From positions 4,588-68,587 of the forward strand of contig CAZEBA010000015.1 of NCBI GenBank assembly GCA_964510615.1: a stretch of DNA of 64,000 nucleotides. Reading direction: 5' to 3'. The DNA is from an uncultured Gemmatimonadota bacterium (GTDB taxonomy: Bacteria > Gemmatimonadota > Gemmatimonadetes > Palauibacterales > Palauibacteraceae). The notes under the pieces are model-generated. The model was not told where the DNA came from, made no database searches, and was given only the letters and a program-made list of their open reading frames with translations. Shown piece after piece: positions 17,206-24,690 of this stretch (its first letter is position 1; the number at the start of each line of letters is the position of its first letter). The position numbers and the translations under genes are program-made.

Positions 17206-19334
17206 GCGAGATCGTGAAGCTCGACCGACGCGAGTTCCTCAAGCTCGGCGCCCTCGCCGGCGGCGGCTTCGCCCTCGCCGTCTATATCCCGGACCGCTTC
17301 GGGGCGAAGTTCGACGGGCCCTTCCAGCCCAGCGCGTTCGTGCGGATCGATTCCGACGACACGGTGACGATCTGGGTCGGCCGGGTCGAGATGGGCCAGG
17401 GCGTCCGCACGTCGCTGCCGATGATCGTGGCCGACGAACTGGACGCCGACTGGAGCCGCGTGCGGGTCGTGCAGGCGGACGCCCATCCGACCAGGTACGG
17501 CCGGCAGGGGACCTACGGCAGCACGAGCGTGAGAGGGGGAGCGTGGCTTCCGCTGCGCCAGGCCGGGGCGGCCGCCCGCGAGATGCTGGTCGCTGCCGCC
17601 GCCGCCCGCTGGGGGGTCGACCCGAAGGAGTGCCACACGGCCGGCGGGCGGGTGGTCCACGTCGGCTCGGGGCGAGCGCTCTCGTACGGCGAGCTGGCCG
17701 ACGAGGCCGCTGATCTGCCGGTGCCTGTGGAGCCGCGGCTGAAGGAGCCCTCCGAGTTCCGACTCATCGGCACCCGAATTCCGCTCGTTGACACGCCCCT
17801 GCACGTCTCGGGGCGGTCGGTCTTCGGCCTCGACGTGCGCGTGCCGGAGATGCTGCATGCGACGGCGGTCCACCCGCCGATGTTCGGCGGCTCGGTGGAG
17901 TGGTTCGACCCGGCCGCGGCACTCGAGGTGCCCGGCGTGCGGGAGGTGGTCGAGCTCTCGAGCGCCCTGGCCGTCGTGGCCGACGACACCTGGTCGGCCC
18001 TGCGCGGAGCGGAGGCGCTGGATGTGGGTTGGAGAGCCGGCGGGTTCTCGATGAGCAGCCCGGAGATCTCCGAGACGCTCGACCGGCTGCTCGACCGTCC
18101 GGGAGAGGTCGCGAGGGACGACGGTGAGGTCGAGGTGGCCCTCCAGCGGGCCACCCGGCGCCTCGAGGCGCGGTACGACGTCCCGTATCTCGCCCACGCC
18201 ACCATGGAGCCGATGAACTGCACGGCCGATGTCCGCCCCGATCGGTGCGAGATTTGGGCGCCCACCCAGAGCCCGCAGGGGACGCAGGCGGCGGCGGCCG
18301 AGCTCACCGGCCTGCCGATCGAGAGCGTGACGGTCCATGTCACCCACCTCGGCTGCGGCTGGGGCCGTCGCAGCGCGACCGACTTCGTCCGGGACGCGGT
18401 CGAGACGTCGATGAAGGTCGGCAGACCCGTACAGGTCATGTGGAGCCGGGAAGAGGACATGCGGCACGACTTCTACCGCCCGACCGCCTGTCACCGGCTC
18501 GAGGGTGGCGTCGATGCCGACGGACACCTGATCGGCCTCAAGGCACGCATCGCCGCCACGCCGATCTCGGCGGGCGGCGGAGGCGGCAGCGGCGTGGATC
18601 GCAACTCGGTGGATGGGGTGGCCAACCTGCCGTACTCCATCCCGAACGTGTTCGTCGACTACTGCCGACCCGACATCGCGGTGCCGACCGGCTACTGGCG
18701 CTCGGTCGGTGCCTCCCAGAACACGTTCATCCTCGAGAGCTTCCTCGACGAGCTGGCCCACGCCGCCGGACGCGACCCGGTCGAGTTCCGCCTCGCGATG
18801 CTCGCTCACCGTCCGCGGCTGGCACGGGTGCTCCGGCTGGCGGCCGAGAGGTCCGGCTGGGGATCCCCGCTCGAAGGGCGTGCCCGCGGCGTGGCGCTGG
18901 TGGAGAACAAGGGCGGGCTGGTGGCCGAGGTCGCCGAGGTCTCGCTCGACGACGACCGCGTCCGGGTCCACCGTGTCACCTGCGTGGCGGATTGCGGGCA
19001 GATTATCCATCCGGGGATCGCCGAGGCCCAGATGACGGGCTCGATCGTCTGCGGGCTCACGGCGGCGCTGTACGGCGAGATCACCCTGGACCGCGGCCGG
19101 GTGGTTCAGAGCAACTTCGACGACTATCGCCTGCTCCGCTTCGATGAGATGCCGGACGTCGCGGTCCATCTGGTCGAGAGCACCGCGGAGCCGGGGGGCG
19201 TCGGGGAGCCGGCCGTGCCCCCGATCGCGCCCGCCGTGACCAACGCGATCTTCGCCCTCACCGGACGACGGATCCGTCGTCTGCCGCTCTACGTCGAGGG
19301 GCGCCGGCTGGCTGCGTCACCCCGGTCCGGTTAG
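17202..19334 (+). CDS. molybdopterin-binding large subunit of aldehyde/isoquinoline oxidoreductase (IorB-like), Tat signal
   Basis: 710 aa. It has the Tat motif [19 protein letters not shown] and aldehyde oxidase/xanthine dehydrogenase a/b-hammerhead and MoCo-binding blocks. The ATGA overlap with the preceding gene is at 17202. Confidence 0.9.
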   Translation: MSEIVKLDRREFLKLGALAGGGFALAVYIPDRFGAKFDGPFQPSAFVRIDSDDTVTIWVGRVEMGQGVRTSLPMIVADELDADWSRVRVVQADAHPTRYGRQGTYGSTSVRGGAWLPLRQAGAAAREMLVAAAAARWGVDPKECHTAGGRVVHVGSGRALSYGELADEAADLPVPVEPRLKEPSEFRLIGTRIPLVDTPLHVSGRSVFGLDVRVPEMLHATAVHPPMFGGSVEWFDPAAALEVPGVREVVELSSALAVVADDTWSALRGAEALDVGWRAGGFSMSSPEISETLDRLLDRPGEVARDDGEVEVALQRATRRLEARYDVPYLAHATMEPMNCTADVRPDRCEIWAPTQSPQGTQAAAAELTGLPIESVTVHVTHLGCGWGRRSATDFVRDAVETSMKVGRPVQVMWSREEDMRHDFYRPTACHRLEGGVDADGHLIGLKARIAATPISAGGGGGSGVDRNSVDGVANLPYSIPNVFVDYCRPDIAVPTGYWRSVGASQNTFILESFLDELAHAAGRDPVEFRLAMLAHRPRLARVLRLAAERSGWGSPLEGRARGVALVENKGGLVAEVAEVSLDDDRVRVHRVTCVADCGQIIHPGIAEAQMTGSIVCGLTAALYGEITLDRGRVVQSNFDDYRLLRFDEMPDVAVHLVESTAEPGGVGEPAVPPIAPAVTNAIFALTGRRIRRLPLYVEGRRLAASPRSG

Positions 19335-19382
19335 AGTGGTGGCCGGAGGGAATCCTGCGGGGGAGCGCGTCCGCCACGCCTG

Positions 19383-19997
19383 ATGCGAGGAGTCCGCATG
19401 CGCCGTTTGCCGATCTCCGGCCCGATGGCCGGCTGCTTCCTGGTCACCGCCGCCCTTGCCGTGCCCACGCCGGCCGGCGCCCAGGACGCCGAACCTTTCC
19501 TGGCGCCCGGGGATCCGGCGCCCGACTTCGAGCTGACCGGCGCCACCCGCTACGGGATCCTTAAGGACCCGGTCCGGCTCAGCGACTATCAGGGCGAGAC
19601 CGTGGTCCTGTCATTCTTCTTCCGGGTCAGGACGCCTGGGTGAACGGTGCAGATGACAGCGTACCGTGACCAGTACGCCAGCCTTTTCCGGGGAGGACGG
19701 AACATCGTCCTCATCGCCATCTCGCCCGACTCTCCCGAGGCGCTGGGATCGTGGGCGAAGGACGACGACTTTCCGTTCCTGTTCGCCAGCGATCCCGGCA
19801 GCACGACCTACGCCGCGTTCGGCGGCAACCCCAGGGACAACGGGATGCCCGGCGGGAGAGGAGTGGTGGTGGTCGGTCCGGACGGACGGATCGCCGCAGT
19901 GATTCCCCGCTTCCGCGAGGTGGATCCGACCGCCTACGAGGAGCTCGAGGCAATCCTCGACGAGGTGGCGTCTCCGCCGGTCGAGGAAGGCATGTAG
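19383..19997 (+). CDS. exported peroxiredoxin (AhpC-TSA/Bcp family) with in-frame UGA (selenocysteine) at 19641..19643
   Basis: Track ORFs 19383..19643 and 19647..19997 are in the same frame, separated only by TGA. The joined product reads ...GDPAPDFELTG...LSDYQGETVVLSFFFRVRTPG-[TGA]-TVQMTAYRD...VLIAISPDSPE.L..WAK...FPFLFASDP.... The TGA sits where the peroxidatic Cys lies in the canonical motif FYPxxxTPGCTxE/Q. The N-terminal signal peptide is MRRLPISGPMAGCFLVTAALAVPTPAGAQD. Confidence 0.75.
19659..19678 (+). promoter_or_regulatory. candidate bacterial SECIS stem-loop
   Basis: GCGTAC-cgtgacca-GTACGC is a perfect 6-bp stem with an 8-nt loop containing GU. The stem starts 15 nt after the UGA and the loop starts 22 nt after it, inside the usual bacterial SECIS distance range. 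An alternative overlapping 5-bp stem pairs ACGGT (19644..19648) with ACCGT (19663..19667). Confidence 0.45.
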
Positions 19998-20000
19998 CTC

Positions 20001-20606
20001 TCAGGAGCCCAGCACCGCCTCCACGGCCGCCACCAGCTCCTGGTTCGGCCCCACCCCCGTGTACGCGACCCTGCCGTCCGCCCCCACGATGACCACCACC
20101 GAGGTGGTGGGCGCCTCGTAGGCCCGCACCGCGGCCCCGGTGGCATCCCAGAGGTAGAGGTAGCCGGGGCCGTGTTCCTCGACGTGGCGGCGGACCCGCC
20201 GGAGCGACTGGGCCACGGCCACGGCCACCGCCACGATGCCCACCCGGTCGCCGTACCGGGCATGGATCCAGTCCAGCTGGCGCTGGAGCGCCGCACAGTT
20301 CTCGCACCAGCTTGCCCAGAACTCGATGAGGGTCGGCCGGCCGCGCACGTAATCCAGTAGCTCCACCGGATGGCCGTCCAGGTCCTGGAGCGCGGCCCCC
20401 GGCGCCTTGGTGCCGATCGGCAGCGAGACGGCGTACTCTTCGTCGCTTTCCTGAGCTTGGAGATCGGCGGCGGCCGGCGCGAGGTGCCCGCACCCGACGA
20501 GCCCCAGTAGGATGAGCGGACGCACGCCGCCGAACCCGCCGAAGCGGCCGCCCCGGGCAAGCCGGGACAAGCCGGAGCCCCCGCGCCACCCTCGGTGCGA
20601 CCTCAT
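20001..20606 (-). CDS. TlpA/ResA-family thiol:disulfide oxidoreductase (thioredoxin fold), probable lipoprotein
   Basis: The last 201 codons of track ORF 20001..21026 contain the motif TLIEFWASWCENCAALQ (CxxC) and the signal/lipobox VRPLILLGLVGC. The ATG at 20606 overlaps the ccdA stop (ATGA). Confidence 0.85.
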   Translation of the reverse strand: MRSHRGWRGGSGLSRLARGGRFGGFGGVRPLILLGLVGCGHLAPAAADLQAQESDEEYAVSLPIGTKAPGAALQDLDGHPVELLDYVRGRPTLIEFWASWCENCAALQRQLDWIHARYGDRVGIVAVAVAVAQSLRRVRRHVEEHGPGYLYLWDATGAAVRAYEAPTTSVVVIVGADGRVAYTGVGPNQELVAAVEAVLGS

Positions 20607-21334
20607 AAGCCGTAACCCGCCATGACGAAGTAGTACTCGGCCATCCCGAGCATGATCACCGCCGCCAGCCGCTTCAGCCAGAGCATCCAGGCACCCGACC
20701 TGGGGAGCAGCGTCAGCGCACCGGAGAAGAGACCCACGGCCACCAGCAGCGCCGTCATGCCGAGGGAGAAGACGAACAGGTAGAGGAAGCCCATCGCCCC
20801 GGCTCCGGTCGCCGCCACCCAGGTCAGGACGGCGGCGAAGGCCGGCGCCCCGCAGGGGGCGGCCACGATGCCGGAGGTCGCGCCGAGGACGAAGACGGCC
20901 CCGTAAGTGCCGGCCCCCTGCCGGCCGGCCCGTGCCAGCCAGCGCTGCGGCACCCGTACCGGGATCACCTCGAACATCGCGAGCGCGAACAGCAGGAGCA
21001 GGTTTCCGATCGCCAACCGTGCCCACGGGCTGGCGCTCACCGCGCCGAACAGGGAGCCGGTGAGCCCGGCCAGGAGGCCGAGGATGGCGTACAGCAGCGC
21101 GAGGCCGAGCACGTACGCCGCCGTCAGCCCGACCGTGCGGCGCCGGGATCGCTCCTCCCCGGCGGTGCCCGTGATCACCGCGGCGGTGATCGGGATCATC
21201 GGATAGACACAGGGCGTCAGGCTCGTCAGTACTCCGGCCCCGAACAGCGTGGCCAGCGCGAGGAGCGGGCTGGCGGACAGGGCCGCGGCCAGGCCGCCGG
21301 CCGGTTCCAGCTGGAGCAGCGCCGCCAGCGTCAC
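20603..21334 (-). CDS. ccdA: cytochrome c biogenesis / DsbD-family transmembrane thiol-disulfide electron transporter CcdA
   Basis: 243 aa with 6 TM helices and the conserved motifs LTSLTPCVYPMIPIT and GIVAAPCGAPAF. Confidence 0.9.
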   Translation of the reverse strand: MTLAALLQLEPAGGLAAALSASPLLALATLFGAGVLTSLTPCVYPMIPITAAVITGTAGEERSRRRTVGLTAAYVLGLALLYAILGLLAGLTGSLFGAVSASPWARLAIGNLLLLFALAMFEVIPVRVPQRWLARAGRQGAGTYGAVFVLGATSGIVAAPCGAPAFAAVLTWVAATGAGAMGFLYLFVFSLGMTALLVAVGLFSGALTLLPRSGAWMLWLKRLAAVIMLGMAEYYFVMAGYGL

Positions 21335-21451
21335 GGCGCGCGTCGCCCGCTCGGCGCCTCGAGCTTCCGGTCCCGTTGTCGCGCCGCGCTGGCGCCGTCA
21401 GCGAACGGGTGAAAGAGTAGTCTCGTCTGCACCCTCTTCTCCGAGTGGGCC

Positions 21452-23491
21452 ATGGCCGAGCCGGTAGCCTTTCGTCGCAACATCGGGCTCTTCGGTGCCG
21501 TGATGATCGGCATCGGTGCCATGATGGGTCCCGGCATCTTCGCCCTTCCCGGCGAGCTCGCCCACATGGTCGGTCCGCTAGGCATCCTCGTCTACCTGGC
21601 GATGGGACTGCTGACGGTCTTCACCGCGCTCAACTACAGCGAGCTCGGCGCCGCGATCCCGCTGGCGGGCGGCGGATACTCGTTCACCAGCCGGACGCTG
21701 CCCCGGCCACTCGCCTTCCTCACCGGCTGGTTCTTCTGGATCGGCAACACCCTCGCCTGCGCCATGTACGCGCTCATCTTCGCCGTCACCATCCGGGGCT
21801 ACTTCTGGCCGGAGGCCAGCATCCCCGTGCTGGCCTTCGGGACGACCCTGGTGTTCACGGCGATCAACATCTGGGGGATGTCCGAAGCGATCAAGATCAT
21901 CACCGTGATGAACCTGATCGAGCTCGCGGTTCTCCTCGGCATCGCCGCGCTCGGGATCGGACACGTCGAGGCCCCCAACCTGGAGCCGTTGGCGCCGCTC
22001 GGATACGGCCAGTTCATCCCCGCCATGGCCCTGATCTACATCTCCTACGTGGGGTTCGAGCTCATCACCGTCGCTTCCGAGGAGATCGTCGCCCCCGGCA
22101 AGACGATCCCGCGCGCCATTCTCATCACACTGGCCGTGGCCACCCTCATCTACGTCTTCGTGGTGTGGGTGATGATGGGCGCGATCCACCACACCGAGCT
22201 CGCGGACAGCGACGTCCCGTTCATCTTCCTGGCCGACCGGCTCTTCGGCGGCTGGGGGCGGTGGGCCGCGATCACCGCCACCGTGATGGCGAGCCTGTCG
22301 GCGTTCAGCGTCACCCTGGGCGCGAGCGCGCGCGTCCTCTACGCGCTGGGACGCGACGCGCACTTTCCGGCCACGTTCGCGCGGCTGCACCGACGCTTCC
22401 AGACGCCCCACATCGCGCTCGGAGTCTGCGCGCTGGTCGTGATCCTCTTCGCCTCGTCCGGCATCGTGAAGTTCGTGGCCTCCGTCAGCGACTTCGGCTA
22501 CCTGCTGGGCCTGGGCATCGTCAACTACGCCGTGATCGCCCTCCGCGAACGAATGCCGAACCTGCGGCGACCGTTCGCCGTGATCCTGTTCCCCGTCGTG
22601 CCGATCCTCGGTGTGCTCTCGTGCTGGCTGTTCGTGCCGGCGCTCGAGCCGAGGGCCTTCCTGCTGGGCGGAGGCCTTACGGCCCTCGGGGTGTCGATCT
22701 ATCTCGCCCGGCCGGCCAATCGGGCCGAGCTGGCCGCGTTGCCCGACAGGATCGCCCGCTGGAGATTGTGGTGGGCTGCGAAGCGAAGGAAGCGTATGAG
22801 AGTTCTCGTCATCGGGGGAGGACGCCAGGGCCGCAACATCGCCGATCGGCTTCTGGCCAGGGACGACTACCGTCTCGTCTTCCGGGCGGCCGAGCACCAG
22901 CTGACTTTCGTCGAGGAGGACGAGAGGCTCTGCCGCGAGCTCGAGCAGCGCTACAACGTCCCGATCTACCAGGGCGACGGTACCAAGCGCGAGATCCTCG
23001 AGCAGGTCGGCGCCCAGAACGTCGACGTGACCGTAGCCGCCTTCGAGGACGACGGCCGCAACGTGATCGCCGCCCTGCAGGCCAAGCGGCTCGGTCTCGG
23101 CCGTGTGATGGCGATCGTCCAGGAACCCGAGTACATCTCGCTGCTCTCGGAGCAGGGGGTGGTGGCGATCAGCGCGCCCTGGGCCACGGCGGCCATGGTC
23201 GAAAACTACCTCGATCGGCCGCGGATCACGGAGCTGTTCGAGATCGGGACCGGAGTCGCCAGCCTGGTGAGCGCCATCGTGCCGGCGCGGGCGGAGGTCC
23301 ACGGCAAGCAGATCCGGGAGCTGGCCATCCCTCGTGAGTGTGTCGTCGCCGCCGTGATCCGCGGTGAGGACTTCGTCGTCCCGCACGGCGACACGGGGAT
23401 CGAGAGCGGGGACTACGTCGTGTTCGTGGGGCCGACCGACGCGATCAAGGAGGCCCACGCCATGTTCCGCCGCCAGAGACGACAGAAGTAG
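21452..23491 (+). CDS. APC-family amino acid/polyamine permease fused to C-terminal TrkA-N/TrkA-C (RCK) domains
   Basis: 679 aa. The roughly 440-aa polytopic N-terminal part begins FGAVMIGIGAMMGPGIFALPG. It is followed by a Rossmann motif MRVLVIGGGRQGRNIADRL and a TrkA-C-like end (GDYVVFVG). Confidence 0.85.
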   Translation: MAEPVAFRRNIGLFGAVMIGIGAMMGPGIFALPGELAHMVGPLGILVYLAMGLLTVFTALNYSELGAAIPLAGGGYSFTSRTLPRPLAFLTGWFFWIGNTLACAMYALIFAVTIRGYFWPEASIPVLAFGTTLVFTAINIWGMSEAIKIITVMNLIELAVLLGIAALGIGHVEAPNLEPLAPLGYGQFIPAMALIYISYVGFELITVASEEIVAPGKTIPRAILITLAVATLIYVFVVWVMMGAIHHTELADSDVPFIFLADRLFGGWGRWAAITATVMASLSAFSVTLGASARVLYALGRDAHFPATFARLHRRFQTPHIALGVCALVVILFASSGIVKFVASVSDFGYLLGLGIVNYAVIALRERMPNLRRPFAVILFPVVPILGVLSCWLFVPALEPRAFLLGGGLTALGVSIYLARPANRAELAALPDRIARWRLWWAAKRRKRMRVLVIGGGRQGRNIADRLLARDDYRLVFRAAEHQLTFVEEDERLCRELEQRYNVPIYQGDGTKREILEQVGAQNVDVTVAAFEDDGRNVIAALQAKRLGLGRVMAIVQEPEYISLLSEQGVVAISAPWATAAMVENYLDRPRITELFEIGTGVASLVSAIVPARAEVHGKQIRELAIPRECVVAAVIRGEDFVVPHGDTGIESGDYVVFVGPTDAIKEAHAMFRRQRRQK

Positions 23492-23664
23492 CTCACCAGC
23501 GGGCGCGACCCGCGAGGCCCTCGACACCCGCGGGGCGCCGACCGGGGCCCCGATCCCGACCCGACCGCAGCGAGCTCCCTCCCGCTGCTGCGGCGGTGAC
23601 GCGGCGAGCCGATCGGGCGTCATTCGAAGGGAGGAGAGCCAACCAGCCGAGGGATCCGATTCGA

Positions 23665-24537
23665 GTGCTGAGCGGACGGGGGTTCCGGACCTGGCCCACG
23701 AGCAGCCAGCAGCCCCTGGGCGTCCTGATCGCTGCCGGCCTGCTGGGGAGCGCCCTGCTGGGGAGCGCCCTGCTGGCGAGCGGCTGCGCGAGCGTCGGCA
23801 GCCAGAGCGACTACGACCGGGAGGTCTCGTTCGGCGGGCTGCGGACCTTCGCCTGGTTCGAAGCTGTCCGGGACACGTCGGCCGCGGCGGCGCCGGCTCC
23901 GGTCGATCCGTTCCTCCAGCGGCGGCTCCAGCGATCGGTGGAGGACCAGCTCGTGAGCCGCGGCTTCGTCAAGGGAGGCCCAGCCGAGCCCGTCGATCTT
24001 CTCGTCACCGCCTACGCCATCGACCCGGCCGGCAGCTACGCGATTCGCGAGTCGTCGCAGGGGCGAGGCCCTACCGTCTCGTTCGGCGTCGGCTTCGGCT
24101 TCGGCTATCCGTACGTGTTTGGCTACCCCTACGCCTTCGGCTATCCCTACCGCTTCCCCTACTGGGGCTGCTGCCGGTACCGCTTTCCCCATGCCGGCTA
24201 CCCGTACTGGGGCGGGCCGCACTGGGGATTCCCATACTGGGGTGTTTCGTATTGGGGGTTCCCCTTCGGAGGCTACCCGTTCGGCTACTGGTCGCCATGG
24301 ATCGGGATCACCTGGGGAGCGCGGCAGCCGGCCTACGCGCCAGCCGTTTACGCCGCACCGGAGGGGCACCCGCCGGGCACTCTGGTCGTCGACATTCTCG
24401 ACGCCCTCAACCGGGAGTTGATATGGCGGGGTTGGTCCGACGGCGCGTTGCTCTTGGCCCCGGAGCCGAAGGACCTGCCCGAGTTCATCGACGAGACGAT
24501 CGCCAAGATCATGGCGAGCTTCCCGCCCGAGGCCTGA
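23665..24537 (+). CDS. DUF4136-like lipoprotein with internal aromatic/Gly-rich repeat insertion
   Basis: Track ORF 23596..24537. A GTG at 23665 gives (M)LSGRGFRTWPTSSQQPLGVLIAAGLLGSALLGSALLASGC (lipobox LASGC). The DUF4136-type ends are DYDREVSFGGLRTFAW... and ...GTLVVDILDALNRELIWRGWS. The middle contains GYPY/FPYWG repeats. Confidence 0.7.
   Translation: MLSGRGFRTWPTSSQQPLGVLIAAGLLGSALLGSALLASGCASVGSQSDYDREVSFGGLRTFAWFEAVRDTSAAAAPAPVDPFLQRRLQRSVEDQLVSRGFVKGGPAEPVDLLVTAYAIDPAGSYAIRESSQGRGPTVSFGVGFGFGYPYVFGYPYAFGYPYRFPYWGCCRYRFPHAGYPYWGGPHWGFPYWGVSYWGFPFGGYPFGYWSPWIGITWGARQPAYAPAVYAAPEGHPPGTLVVDILDALNRELIWRGWSDGALLLAPEPKDLPEFIDETIAKIMASFPPEA
24082..24318 (+). repeat. coding tandem degenerate repeat (about 18-nt units, FGYPY / (F/Y)PYWG) inside the DUF4136-like gene
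   Basis: The DNA reads ttcggctatccgtac gtgtttggctacccctac gccttcggctatccctac cgcttcccctactgg.... The protein reads FGVGFGFGYPYVFGYPYAFGYPYRFPYWGCCRYRFPHAGYPYWGGPHWGFPYWGVSYWGFPFGGYPFGYWSPW. Confidence 0.85.
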
Positions 24538-24690
24538 GCCCGATTCTGGCCAGCGCTCTTCCGGCGCGTCGCACCGCTTCGGCCTGGCGGCGAGCGGCCG
24601 GGTTGCCAGCTTCGATCCGGCGTTGAACATGAGCGAGAAGACGTCGAGATTCACGGGTCGACCAAGCAAACGCCACGAGGGAGGCCCGAC

